A DNA stretch of 64,000 nucleotides from Alphaproteobacteria bacterium. Its GTDB lineage: Bacteria > Pseudomonadota > Alphaproteobacteria > JAAXGF01. Positions within the stretch are counted from its first letter, which is position 1. Each line of letters opens with the position of its first letter. Positions 51,793 through 61,575 of this stretch are shown one piece after another. The notes under the pieces are model-generated. The model was not told the DNA's origin. It saw only the letters and a list, made by a program, of their open reading frames with translations, and ran no database searches. A program made the translations under genes and the position numbers. The stretch covers positions 2,048,001-2,112,000 of the forward strand of contig CAUVXB020000002.1 of the NCBI GenBank assembly GCA_963555825.3. The letters run 5' to 3'.

Positions 51793-52911
51793 CTAATTCT
51801 CAAGGGTTTGGAGCACGAGGTTCTTGAAGTGGGAGAGCGCGTGCTCGCTCCACGCGCCGCGCTCGGGGTCGAGCATGATGTAGCTTCGCTCGAAGCTTCG
51901 AGACCGCTGGCCGCGCTGAATGCCTTCCGCGACCCCTACATCCTCGGCATTGACGACTTCGGCGGCAAAATTGATCTGTCGCCACTGCTCGTCGGTCGGC
52001 TCGGTATAGGGCAGATAGAAGTCGTACGTCTCGCGGCTGCGCTCGGGGCCGTCCGGCATGATGTGCAGCACCCTGAAGCCGCCGCCCGGCATCGACATCG
52101 GGCACAGGTTCGGCCACAGCCACCAGTTGCGATGCTGCGGGTAGCTTGCGCGGTCGATTTCGAAGCCGCCCGCCAAGCCAGGCCGGGCGTCGCTCGAGTG
52201 GCTCAGGTACTTGCCATGGGCAACGACCCGGTAGCTTTCATCGAGGTTGCTCGCCAGCACGGGGTGAATGACCGGCGTGTGATAATTCTCGTTGTAGTTG
52301 TCGACCAGATTCTTCCAGTTGGATTCGATGACAAACGCCTTGCGGTGAACCAATGTCAGTTCGTCAATCGCCGGCTCGTAGTCGCACATTTCTTGTTCCA
52401 GCCCGGGCATTTGTTCCGAAAGCGCGGCGGCATCGGGATCGAGATTTACGAAGACGAAACCGCAGAAAATCTCGACGCGTACCGGGTTCAGGCAGAACTT
52501 CCCGCTGTCGAATCCCGGCACGTCCGTACTCTTGCGCGCGAACCGCAATGTCCCGTCGGTGTTGTACGTCCACGCATGGTAAGGACAGGTGATGACATCG
52601 ACATGACCACTGCCTTCCAGCAGCCAATGGCCGCGGTGACGGCAGACGTTGTAGAAGGCCTTAAGCCGGCCGTCCTGGTCGCGAATGATGATGATGCTCT
52701 CATCGCCGACCGTGCAGGTTACGAAAGCGCCGGGTTTGCGAAACTGCGAGCGATGGCCAGCGAAATTCCAACACCGATAGAAGATGCGTTCATGCTCGCG
52801 CGCCAGGATTTCAGGGTCCGTGTAGTAGTGTGCGGGAAGCGAGTAACTGTCGTCACGTAGCCGGGCGTCGCCGTCATCGGACATGCTTCGAATTTTCGAG
52901 GTGTCTTTCAT
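51793..52911 (-). CDS. Rieske aromatic-ring-hydroxylating oxygenase alpha subunit (choline monooxygenase/CntA-like)
   Basis: NVCRHRG..CPYHAWTY Rieske motif; NWK..DNYNENYH..IHP and ED iron-site motifs. Confidence 0.9.
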   Translation of the reverse strand: MKDTSKIRSMSDDGDARLRDDSYSLPAHYYTDPEILAREHERIFYRCWNFAGHRSQFRKPGAFVTCTVGDESIIIIRDQDGRLKAFYNVCRHRGHWLLEGSGHVDVITCPYHAWTYNTDGTLRFARKSTDVPGFDSGKFCLNPVRVEIFCGFVFVNLDPDAAALSEQMPGLEQEMCDYEPAIDELTLVHRKAFVIESNWKNLVDNYNENYHTPVIHPVLASNLDESYRVVAHGKYLSHSSDARPGLAGGFEIDRASYPQHRNWWLWPNLCPMSMPGGGFRVLHIMPDGPERSRETYDFYLPYTEPTDEQWRQINFAAEVVNAEDVGVAEGIQRGQRSRSFERSYIMLDPERGAWSEHALSHFKNLVLQTLEN

Positions 52912-53168
52912 TGGCGATGCTCCCCGGTTAACACCCTTGCCAAGGGCGCCTAACTGTTGAGGGGCCGAGCATCTTTGTGCGCCGAAGCCGTCGGAATGTC
53001 GAGTCTTGGCCACCGGGCGACCCCCAAGGCGTCGAAGGTCCGGTCGTGACTTCAAGCGGACCTTGGCTGACGCGCGAAATTCTTCCAGTCACTCGGCGAT
53101 TTCGGGGCGGCTTCTTGGTGTGGAAACCCAAACCACACCGATCAACGCATCGAAGGGCTGCGAACCGT

Positions 53169-54032
53169 TTACTCTCGAAGCGTTGAACCGGCACCGCAAA
53201 TTCGGGTTTGCCGCATGCGTCGGCGATAGCGGTCCGCGTCGAAGGACCGGCCCCGGTGCAGCAGACAGCGATTGTCCCAAATCACCAGATCGCCGCGCCG
53301 CCATCGGTGCGAATAAATGTTCTCCGGGCCGGTCGCGCCGGCCAGCAAGTCATCCAGCAGGGCTCGGCTGTCGCCATCGTTCCAGCCGACGACGGCCTTG
53401 GCGTGGGATCCGACAAAGTAGTTCCGCGCCCCCGTGGCCGGGTTGGTCCTGACCAGTTTTTGTTCGACCGGCGGCAGGGAGTCCGCGTGGGATTGTTTGA
53501 CCGTCGCCACCTGGCTGCGGGAATAGACGTAGTCATGGATCACGATCAGCGGGTCGATTTCGTGGCGCCGGGCCACAGGCAGACGATCATAGGCCGCGCG
53601 TGAGCTGACGAATTCGGTCTCACCGTCTTGGTCCGGCACTTCGTGGGCGTGGGTTATGGTCACGTATGTGGGCACTTCGCGGAACGACGAATCCGAGTGC
53701 CACATGTTGTTGCCGGTGAAATATTTGGTCATTTCATGGTCGTTGCCGCGCTGGCTCCCGTCGTCCTCGATATTGCCGATGGTGCTTAAGTATTGCACCA
53801 CGCCGTCCCGGCCGAACCTGACATGCTCGACTTCCGGCTCGCCGAGCTGCCTGGTGAAGCCAAGCTGGCTGTCGTCATTCAGCGCCTGATCGGGGAAACA
53901 CAGAAACGAATAGTCATCGATTGCCCGGCGCACCGCGCTCAAGGCGCGATCGTCGAGCGGCGCCGCGAGATCAATGCCCGTAATCCGCGCGCCGAAATCA
54001 GGGTGTAATTTTTCAATCCCCAATTCACTCAC
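53169..54032 (-). CDS. TauD/TfdA family Fe(II)/2-oxoglutarate dioxygenase
   Basis: WHSDSSF (HxD), GETEF, WDNRCLLHRG. Confidence 0.92.
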   Translation of the reverse strand: MSELGIEKLHPDFGARITGIDLAAPLDDRALSAVRRAIDDYSFLCFPDQALNDDSQLGFTRQLGEPEVEHVRFGRDGVVQYLSTIGNIEDDGSQRGNDHEMTKYFTGNNMWHSDSSFREVPTYVTITHAHEVPDQDGETEFVSSRAAYDRLPVARRHEIDPLIVIHDYVYSRSQVATVKQSHADSLPPVEQKLVRTNPATGARNYFVGSHAKAVVGWNDGDSRALLDDLLAGATGPENIYSHRWRRGDLVIWDNRCLLHRGRSFDADRYRRRMRQTRICGAGSTLRE

Positions 54033-54130
54033 TATGGCTCTCCAATGCGGTTTTTTCGAATTCTACACCACCGCTCGACACTGTAGGCAAGGGTTCGTCA
54101 CGGCGGCAGCGGCTAATCTGCGGTGGCCGT

Positions 54131-55315
54131 TCAGTCGGCCGCGGCGAGGCGGGTGGCGGCGACGCCGCGCGGTAGCAGGAGATAGAGCCGGCCGCGGTGC
54201 TTCATGCGCCCGGCGATCGCCTCGGCGTCGGCGCCGAAACCCCAGAAGACGTCGCCGCGCAGCGGGCCCTTGATCGCGCCGCCGGTGTCCTGGGCGACGA
54301 GCAGGCGGCGCAGCGGCCGGTCGGGCCGGGCCGGGTCGGCGTCGGGCACGGTGATGTCGAGCCAGACCGGCGCGCCGAGCGGCAGGAATTTGCGGTCGAC
54401 CGCGAGGCTGCGCTCAGGCGTCAGCGCAACGCCCTGGGCGCCGATCGGCCCGTCGCCTCCGAGTTCGCGGAAGAACACGAAGGAGGGGTTCTGGTCCAAG
54501 AGTTCCTGCGCCTCGCCGGGATGCGTCGCGAGCCAGGCGCGGATGGTCTGCAGCGAGACCGCCTCGCGCGTCAGCTCGCCGCGCACGATCAGCACGCGGC
54601 CGATGCTGACGTAGTCGCGCCCATTGGCCGCGGCGTAGCCGACGCGCAGCGTACCGCCGCCGTCGAGCGCGATGCGCCCGGAGCCCTGGACGTGCAGGAA
54701 GAAGGCGTCGACCGGGTCGTCGACCCAGGCGATCGGCCGCGCCCGGCCGTCGAGCGCGCCGGCGTCGATCGCGGCGCGCGCCTCGTAGAGCCTGAGCTTG
54801 CCGTCCACCACCCGCCCCGCGATACGCTTGCCCTTGAGCGCGTCGTCGAAGGCGCCCAGATCAACGGTGACGAGATCGTCGGGCCGGCCGTAGAGCGGCG
54901 TCGTGTAGCGCGCGCTTTCGGCCAGCGCGCCATGGAGCAGGGGCTCGTAGTAACCGGTGAACAGGCCCGCGTCACGCCCCCGGTCGGTCGCCTTGAAGGG
55001 CGCGAACCAGGCCTCGAAGAAGGCGCGGGGCGCGCTGTGGGCGCCCGCCGCCACCGCGCAGAGTTCGCGCCAGTCGGCGACGGTGCCGGCGAGGCCGTCG
55101 GGCCCGACGGCCCGGTCGTCGGGCAGCGCGGCGAAGCGCGCGCAAGAGTGTTCGAGCGCGGTCAGCGCGGCGCCATGGTCGTCATCGCGCCAGCCCGCGA
55201 GGTCGCCGTAGCCGACCGGCGACAGCGCCAGCGACGGTTCCTCGGACGGCGGTTCGGCGCAGGCGGAGAACAGGAGAAGGGCGCCGCCCAGCGCGGCGCG
55301 CCACGCGGTCGGCAT
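54131..55315 (-). CDS. mltA: Membrane-bound lytic murein transglycosylase A
   Basis: Lipobox FSAC, FTGYYEP, FFLHVQGSG, NPSFVFF, QDTGGAIKG..RGDVFWG. Confidence 0.95.
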   Translation of the reverse strand: MPTAWRAALGGALLLFSACAEPPSEEPSLALSPVGYGDLAGWRDDDHGAALTALEHSCARFAALPDDRAVGPDGLAGTVADWRELCAVAAGAHSAPRAFFEAWFAPFKATDRGRDAGLFTGYYEPLLHGALAESARYTTPLYGRPDDLVTVDLGAFDDALKGKRIAGRVVDGKLRLYEARAAIDAGALDGRARPIAWVDDPVDAFFLHVQGSGRIALDGGGTLRVGYAAANGRDYVSIGRVLIVRGELTREAVSLQTIRAWLATHPGEAQELLDQNPSFVFFRELGGDGPIGAQGVALTPERSLAVDRKFLPLGAPVWLDITVPDADPARPDRPLRRLLVAQDTGGAIKGPLRGDVFWGFGADAEAIAGRMKHRGRLYLLLPRGVAATRLAAAD

Positions 55316-55998
55316 CAGTGCGGGCTGCGCGTCGCGACCAGCGTCCAGTTGGGATCGCGCGCGCGGGTGTGGCGCTCGAAGGTCCAGATGTCGACCACCT
55401 CGATCGCTTCGTGCGGGTCGCCGTCGACGATCTTGCCTTCGGCGTCGCGCGTGATGTTGATCTGGTGCGTGACGAAGCGCACCGTAACGCTGGCCGCGCG
55501 CCGCTCCACACCGGCCTCGATGATCTCGCTCGCGTCGATCGAGACGAGCACGGTTTCAAGCGTATGCTCCTCGGCCTCGCGTTCGCGCGCAGCCCGCTCG
55601 AGCGGGTCGTATACGTCGCCGGCAAGCAGCGGTCGCAGGGTCTCGGTATCGCCGGCGGCATAGGCGCTGATGATCATCTCGAATGCGGCGCGCGCACCCT
55701 CGAGGAAGCTCGTGCGCGTAAACGACGGATCGGCCAGCTTGATCTCGGTCAGGCCGGCCTGAAGCCGGCTGTCGTCGACGTCGGAAAAGTCATCCCCGGC
55801 GTCGGCCTGTTCGAGTCCGGCGTCGGGCAGACGAATGACGGTCTCGCCGTTGTCCTCCGCCGCGCGCCGCGCCAACTGGTCGGGCGGCCGGCGCTCGTGC
55901 CCGGTGCGCTGCCCGAGCTTGTTGCGCAGCCGCAGTAAGATGAATGCGGCGATCGCGGCGAAAATAATGATGTCGAAAAAAGGAAAACCTTCGTTCAT
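55315..55998 (-). CDS. Tim44/TimA family protein
   Basis: N-terminal TM then LGQRTGHE, FLEGARAAFEMI, DIWTFER..DPNW. Confidence 0.92.
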   Translation of the reverse strand: MNEGFPFFDIIIFAAIAAFILLRLRNKLGQRTGHERRPPDQLARRAAEDNGETVIRLPDAGLEQADAGDDFSDVDDSRLQAGLTEIKLADPSFTRTSFLEGARAAFEMIISAYAAGDTETLRPLLAGDVYDPLERAAREREAEEHTLETVLVSIDASEIIEAGVERRAASVTVRFVTHQINITRDAEGKIVDGDPHEAIEVVDIWTFERHTRARDPNWTLVATRSPH

Positions 55999-56175
55999 CT
56001 ATCGTTGTCCAGCCGTCGGGCGTGCGCTATCGAACGGGTCGGCCTCTATCACGGCGTGCGGATGATTGAACACTGCCTTAGAGTAGAGGTTGATCGGTCT
56101 CTGGTCGAGTCTCCGAATCGACGGCGGAGACGATTACGAAACTGTACATAGTTCGGGGGTAGGCATACCGCAAGC

Positions 56176-56700
56176 ATGGTCTTGGTGATTCTTCTCGCGC
56201 TCATCGCGACGCCCTTGGTCGAAATCGCTGTGTTTATCGAGGTCGGCGAGCGCATCGGCCTGTGGTCGACGCTGGGTCTGGTCGTCCTGACGGCGGTGAT
56301 CGGCACGGCATTGCTGCGCCAGCAGGGCCTGGCGACACTGGCCAGCGCGCGCACCACGGTCGAGCGCGGCGGCATGCCCGTGCAGGAGGTGCTCGACGGC
56401 GTTTGCCTGCTGATCGCCGGCGCGTTCTTGCTGACGCCCGGCTTCATCACCGACGGCTTCGGCGCGGCACTCTTGTTGCCGCCGCTGCGCCGCGTCATAC
56501 AGCGCTGGGCGATGAAGCGGCTGATGGCGCGCGGGACGATCGACGTCACGATGCACGGTAGCCACCGGCGGCGCGGCGGCGAGGACGGTGTCATCGACGG
56601 CGAATTCGTCGAAATCGACGAAGACGACGATGGCGACGATGGCGACGCGCGCGACAGGCTGCCGCCACCGCGCGGCGGCTGGGACAACGACCGCCGTTAA
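56176..56700 (+). CDS. fxsA: FxsA family membrane protein
   Basis: PLVEIAVFIEVG..IG, LRQQG, LLTPGFITD, VIDGEF. Confidence 0.92.
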   Translation: MVLVILLALIATPLVEIAVFIEVGERIGLWSTLGLVVLTAVIGTALLRQQGLATLASARTTVERGGMPVQEVLDGVCLLIAGAFLLTPGFITDGFGAALLLPPLRRVIQRWAMKRLMARGTIDVTMHGSHRRRGGEDGVIDGEFVEIDEDDDGDDGDARDRLPPPRGGWDNDRR

Positions 56701-56774
56701 TCGCGGCGGGGGCTTGTACCGCCCAGCGGTCCGTGATAGCCACTACCGCACCACGTGACGAGGAGTACCGAGCC

Positions 56775-57284
56775 ATGGCCGACGATGCGCCGGGCGCCGA
56801 TCAGACCGCAGCGGGCGCCGGCGCCGCCGGGACCGATCAGACGCCGCAGCTTTCGCTGCGCACGCAGTACACCAAGGATCTCTCGTTCGAGAATCCGCGC
56901 GCGCCGCACAGTATCTCGCCCAGCCAGGAAGCGCCCAACGGCGACGTCCAGATCAAGGTCTCGAGCCAGGATCTCGGCGACGACCTGCACGAGGTCATGC
57001 TCGAGTTCCAGATCACGGCGTCGCGCGGGGATGACGTCGTGTTCATCGTCGAGCTGGCCTACGGCGGCGTCTTCACGGTGCGCGGCTTCGACGCCCAGAC
57101 GCAGCCGCTGGCGCTCTGGGTCGAATGTCCACGGCTGTTGTTCCCGTTCGCCCGTCGGGTCATCGCCGACGTCGTGCGCGACGGCGGCTTCGCGCCACTC
57201 ATGCTCGGGCCGATCGACTTTCACCGCATGTACCAGCAGCGTCTCGCCGAGGCCGCGGCGGCAACCGAAGCCGCGCAAGCCTGA
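56775..57284 (+). CDS. secB: Protein-export chaperone SecB
   Basis: QYTKDLSFENP, ECPRLLFPFAR, GGFAPLMLGPIDF. Confidence 0.96.
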   Translation: MADDAPGADQTAAGAGAAGTDQTPQLSLRTQYTKDLSFENPRAPHSISPSQEAPNGDVQIKVSSQDLGDDLHEVMLEFQITASRGDDVVFIVELAYGGVFTVRGFDAQTQPLALWVECPRLLFPFARRVIADVVRDGGFAPLMLGPIDFHRMYQQRLAEAAAATEAAQA

Positions 57285-57296
57285 ACTGGTTAGCTT

Positions 57297-57458
57297 ATTT
57301 GTTCGGTCACCTTTGGTGACCTGCGCTCAATCGCCGCGCAAGCCAATCTTATGGGGTCAAGGGTGGCCGAACGGTCGGCGGCCCCCCTCTTGTCCCAATT
57401 AGATTGGCGCAGGCTGGTGGGAGCTAACCAATTCCGATCGATCGAATTATGCGCTAAC
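57297..57458 (+). repeat. Dispersed structured intergenic repeat, copy F
   Basis: GGTCACC-ttt-GGTGACC TGCGCTCAATCGCCGCGC ... GGCCGAACGGTCGGCGG ... GCGCAGG. Confidence 0.9.
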
Positions 57459-57462
57459 GGCC

Positions 57463-58140
57463 TCACGACCGCCAAATCGGTTTCTCGACGCTGTCGATGA
57501 ATGTCTCGTGGGCGGCGCGTTCGGCGTCGCTCGGCGCGTGCGGCCGGGGCGCGCGGGGCGCCATTGCCGTCGAGCCCGCGGCGGCCGTAACGGCCTCGGT
57601 CACCGTCTCGGCGAGCACCAGGCCGGGCTGGCGGCCACCCTTGAGCGCCAGGTAGACCTCGGACAGCAGCTGCGCGTCGAGCAGCGCACCGTGGCGCTTG
57701 CGCGCCGCCGCGTCGACGCCGAAGCGTCGGCACAGCGCATCGAGGTTGGTGGGCGCGCCCGGATGCTTGCGGCGCGCCATGCGCACCGTATCGACGGCGC
57801 GCTCGGACGGCACCGCCGCGCGCTTGCAGCGCGCCAGCTCGGCGTTGATGAAACCGAGGTCGAAGGCGGCGTTGTGGATCACCAGGGCCGCGTCGCCGAT
57901 GAATTCGAGAAACCCGCCGGCGATGTCGGCGAAGACCGGATGCTCGGCGAGGAACGCGCTCGACAGCCCGTGGATCTCGAAGGCCTCGGGCGGCATCTCG
58001 CGTTCCGGATTGACGTAGACTTGGAACTCACGGCCCGTCGGCACGTGGTTTTCGAGCTCGATGCAGCCGATCTCGACGATACGGTGGCCGGCGGTCGGAT
58101 CGAGGCCGGTGGTTTCGGTATCGAGGACGACCTCGCGCAA
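57463..58140 (-). CDS. dnaQ: DNA polymerase III epsilon subunit
   Basis: LDTETTG, HNAAFD, LDALC, HGALLDA; TTG start. Confidence 0.96.
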   Translation of the reverse strand: MREVVLDTETTGLDPTAGHRIVEIGCIELENHVPTGREFQVYVNPEREMPPEAFEIHGLSSAFLAEHPVFADIAGGFLEFIGDAALVIHNAAFDLGFINAELARCKRAAVPSERAVDTVRMARRKHPGAPTNLDALCRRFGVDAAARKRHGALLDAQLLSEVYLALKGGRQPGLVLAETVTEAVTAAAGSTAMAPRAPRPHAPSDAERAAHETFIDSVEKPIWRS

Positions 58141-58143
58141 ATG

Positions 58144-58776
58144 CTAACTCCCTTCGATCGGCTTGGTTCCACCGGGACGTCTATCGAGCATTGTCACGAT
58201 CCGGCGCACGCGGCGCAAGGTGAATGCGCGCCCCAAGCCGGTCGGTACCTCGAATTCGGCGCGCCGGCGCTTCTCGTGATCGGGCATTTGCTGGGCGCGG
58301 ATCGCGGCGAGGCGGTCGAGCGTCATGCCCGGCCGGCCGAGCACGCGCCGCGCCTGCACGAAGCGCGGCGCCCAGACCACGGCCACGGCGTCGCAGCGCC
58401 GTTCACCGCCGGTCTCGAACAGGAGCGGGATATCGAGCACGACCAGCCGCGCGCGGCGCCGGGTGGCGCGCCGTAGAAAGCGGGTCCGGGCCGCGCCGAC
58501 CAGCGGATGCAGGATCGCCTCGAGACGGCGCGTCGCGGCGCTGTCGCCGAACACCCGCTCGCCGAGTGCCGCGCGGTCGACTTCCGCACCGCCGGGCGCG
58601 GCGCGTGTCGCGCCGGGGAAGGCGGCCTCGACCGCAGCGACCGCCCGACCGCCCGGGCCAATCAGCCGGTGAATCTCGGCGTCGGCATCGAACACCAGCG
58701 CGCCGGCGCGTGCGAACATGCCGGCGGCGACCGATTTGCCCATGCCGATCGAACCGGTCAGGCCGAGGATCACCAT
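58144..58776 (-). CDS. coaE: Dephospho-CoA kinase
   Basis: GLTGSIGMGKS, LEAILHP, DIPLLFE. Confidence 0.95.
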   Translation of the reverse strand: MVILGLTGSIGMGKSVAAGMFARAGALVFDADAEIHRLIGPGGRAVAAVEAAFPGATRAAPGGAEVDRAALGERVFGDSAATRRLEAILHPLVGAARTRFLRRATRRRARLVVLDIPLLFETGGERRCDAVAVVWAPRFVQARRVLGRPGMTLDRLAAIRAQQMPDHEKRRRAEFEVPTGLGRAFTLRRVRRIVTMLDRRPGGTKPIEGS

Positions 58777-58783
58777 CGCCGGA

Positions 58784-59650
58784 TCACCCGCCGGTCTCGT
58801 CGAGCGCGCCAGTCTCGTCGAGCACGAAGGCACGCAGCGCGTCGGTCACCTCGGGGTCGACGCCGAACCAGGCGGCGAAACCGGGACGCGCCTGGTGCAG
58901 CAGCATGCCGAGGCCGTCGACCGCCAAATGCCCGGCGCGGCGCGCCGCGGCCAGCAGCGGTGTTTCGAGCGGCACGTAGACGATGTCGTTGACCACGGCG
59001 CCGGCGCCGAGGACGCCGAGATCAAGCTCGAGCGGCGGCGCGCCCGTCATGCCGAGCGTGGTAGCGTTGACCAGCAGCGTGGCGCCGTCCAGCGCGCCAT
59101 GCCGATCGGCCCAGTCGACCGCCGCGAGCGGCCCGTTCAGCTCGGCGGCGAGCGTCTCGGCGCGGGCGCGCGTGCGATTGACGACACGGATCTCAGGTAC
59201 GCCGGCGTCGATTAGGGCGACGGCGATGGCGCGCGCGGCGCCGCCTGCGCCGATCAACATCACGGGCCCCGCGCCGGCCGACCAGGCGGGTGCGCCGGCG
59301 CGCAGGTTCTCGATGAAGCCGAAGGCGTCAGTGTTGTCGCCGGCGAGCGTTTCGTCGGCGCCGACCGTCACCGTGTTGACGGCGCCGATGCGCCGCGCGG
59401 TTTCACTCAGCGTGTCGAGACTGCCGAGCGCCGCCTCCTTGTGCGGCACCGTCAGATTGACGCCGGCGAAGCCCCGCTCGGGCAGCGCGCCGAGCGCGTC
59501 GGCGAGATCGTCAGGCGCGACCGCGAGTGGCAGATAAGCGCCGTCGATGCCGTGCAGTGCGAGCCAATAGCCGTGCAGCCGGGGCGAGCGCGAATGCGCC
59601 ACCGGCCAGCCCATTACGCCGGCGCGCTTGGCGTCACCGGTCACCGTCAT
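58784..59650 (-). CDS. aroE: Shikimate dehydrogenase
   Basis: HSRSPRLH, NLTVPHKE, GAVNT, NTD, GAGGAA, DGLGMLLHQA. Confidence 0.96.
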   Translation of the reverse strand: MTVTGDAKRAGVMGWPVAHSRSPRLHGYWLALHGIDGAYLPLAVAPDDLADALGALPERGFAGVNLTVPHKEAALGSLDTLSETARRIGAVNTVTVGADETLAGDNTDAFGFIENLRAGAPAWSAGAGPVMLIGAGGAARAIAVALIDAGVPEIRVVNRTRARAETLAAELNGPLAAVDWADRHGALDGATLLVNATTLGMTGAPPLELDLGVLGAGAVVNDIVYVPLETPLLAAARRAGHLAVDGLGMLLHQARPGFAAWFGVDPEVTDALRAFVLDETGALDETGG

Positions 59651-60273
59651 GGCGCGATCACCCGATGGCCGCGCAGGAAGTCGAGCAGCGGCAGCAGCGG
59701 CAGGCCGAGGATGGCGAAATAGTCACCTTCGACGCGGCTGAACAACTGCACCCCGATGCCTTCGAGCTGATAGCCGCCGGCGCAGCCCAGGATGCCGTCG
59801 CCGCCGGCGTCGAGGTAGCGGTCGAGGAAGTCATCCGAGAAATCGCGCATCTTCAGCCGCCCGCGCTGTGTCGCATGCCAGATCCGGATGCCGTCGCGCG
59901 CGACGCAGGCCGCGGTGATCTGTTGGTGATCGCGGCCGCGCAGGGTGGCCAGATCGCGCCGCGCCGCCGCCCGATCGGCGGGTTTGTCGAACCAGGCGCC
60001 GCCACAGTCGAGGATCTGATCGGCGCCGATGACCAGAGCGCCGCGGCGGCGCGCCGATACGCGCAGCGCCTTGAGCTCGGCAAGCGCCTCGGCGGCGCGC
60101 CCGGCATCGGCGCCATCGGCGCGCAGCGCGCGCTTGACCTCGTCCTCGTCGATCGCCGCCGCCTCGATCGTGAAGTCGAGACCGGCCTGGCGCAACATCG
60201 CGGCGCGCGTCACGCTGCCCGAGGCGAGCACCACGGCGGGCGCGTCGTCCTGGGCGATGCTGGCTGGCGACAT
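59647..60273 (-). CDS. maf: Maf family nucleoside triphosphate pyrophosphatase
   Basis: VLASGS..R, IGADQ, KP, GGYQLEG.G, ILGLPL. Confidence 0.93.
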   Translation of the reverse strand: MSPASIAQDDAPAVVLASGSVTRAAMLRQAGLDFTIEAAAIDEDEVKRALRADGADAGRAAEALAELKALRVSARRRGALVIGADQILDCGGAWFDKPADRAAARRDLATLRGRDHQQITAACVARDGIRIWHATQRGRLKMRDFSDDFLDRYLDAGGDGILGCAGGYQLEGIGVQLFSRVEGDYFAILGLPLLPLLDFLRGHRVIAP

Positions 60274-60293
60274 GGCGGCGGCTCGCGCGGGCT

Positions 60294-61157
60294 TCAGCCG
60301 CGCGACGGGTTGTCGTTCGGACCGGTGCGCGTCGAATAGACGACCTCGCCGCCCAGGCGTTGTGTCAGCTGTTGGAGAATTTCGGCGGCCACCTCCTCGA
60401 TCGAGCGCCGTGTCACGTCAATCACCGGCCAGTCGTGCTTCGAGAACAGCCGGCGTGCGGCCAACACCTCGTTGCTGACCTGTTCAAGGTCGACGTAGTC
60501 GGTTTCCTCGCCCTGATTGAGCATGCGCAGCCGGTTGCGCCGCACCTCGACGAGCCGGTCGGTGTTGACGGTCAGGCCGATCACCAAGGGGGTGGTCAAC
60601 GTCTCGAGTTCCGGCGGCGACGGCGCGCCCAGCACCACCGGCACGTTGGCCGCCTTGATGCCGCGGTTGGCGAGGTAGAAGCAGGTCGGCGTCTTCGACG
60701 TGCGCGAGACGCCGACGAGCACGACATCGGCGCTGTTCAGGTCGTGCAGCATCTGCCCGTCGTCGTGGTTGAGCACGAAGTGGATGGCGTCGATACGCGA
60801 GAAGTATTCGGCGTCGAGGGCATGCTGGCCGCCCGGCTTGTTGCGCGCCTCGATGCCAAGATAGTTACTGAGCATGGCGACGACCGGCTCGAGCAGCGCG
60901 ACCGCCGGGACCTGGAGTTTACGGCAACCATCGGCGAGCCGCGCGCGCAGCGTCTCGTTGACCAGCGTGTAGAGCACTGCGCCGGTGTTGGCCTCGATAC
61001 CGGCCAGAACCTGATCGACCTGGCGCTCGTTACGAACCAGAGACCAGAAATGCTCGACCGCCTCGACGTCGGCGAACTGGGCAATCGCAGCGCGCGCCAA
61101 GCCGTTGACCGTCTCACCAGTAGCGTCCGAAATCAGATGTATGTGGAACCGTTTCAT
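60294..61157 (-). CDS. Pyruvate,phosphate dikinase / PEP synthase regulatory protein (DUF299)
   Basis: ISDATGET, HDDG, GVSRTSKTP, DVTRRSIEE. Confidence 0.95.
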   Translation of the reverse strand: MKRFHIHLISDATGETVNGLARAAIAQFADVEAVEHFWSLVRNERQVDQVLAGIEANTGAVLYTLVNETLRARLADGCRKLQVPAVALLEPVVAMLSNYLGIEARNKPGGQHALDAEYFSRIDAIHFVLNHDDGQMLHDLNSADVVLVGVSRTSKTPTCFYLANRGIKAANVPVVLGAPSPPELETLTTPLVIGLTVNTDRLVEVRRNRLRMLNQGEETDYVDLEQVSNEVLAARRLFSKHDWPVIDVTRRSIEEVAAEILQQLTQRLGGEVVYSTRTGPNDNPSRG

Positions 61158-61575
61158 GCTCTTCCTAACCGAGACAAACTCATGAATTGCGGGGATAACC
61201 CGGGGTTTTCGCAGAACCCGTGAAATCGACTCCCGGAGGCATCGAATCGATCATCGCGCTTTTCCCCCGGCCGCAACGCCACCCATCGATAGGGGGATGA
61301 TGTGAACAACCCATCGAACGCGTCAATTCATCCCCGCTATACCACCAATTCAACATGTCCTGGCGACGGCCTGTCAGACCAATCACGACGCCCACGCCGA
61401 CAGTTGTCCGCAGCCACCGGTGTTCGATCGAACAACCATCGTCGATGCGGGATGGAACGCGGGATAAAACGTTATCCCCACGATTGGCCCCACCTACATA
61501 CTTCAACTACCTAGTAATACTATAAGTATAATAGTAATTGAAACGCTGCTTCCCGATGCCGTACAGCGAGTCCCC
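61158..61575. other. Probable chromosomal replication origin (oriC)
   Basis: Non-coding gap between the divergent DUF299 gene and hemE (Caulobacter-type ori location); DnaA-box-like TGTGAACAA 61301, TTATCCCCA 61472, CGGGGATAA 61190, TCATCCCCG 61328; AT-rich tract 61497-61543. Confidence 0.8.
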
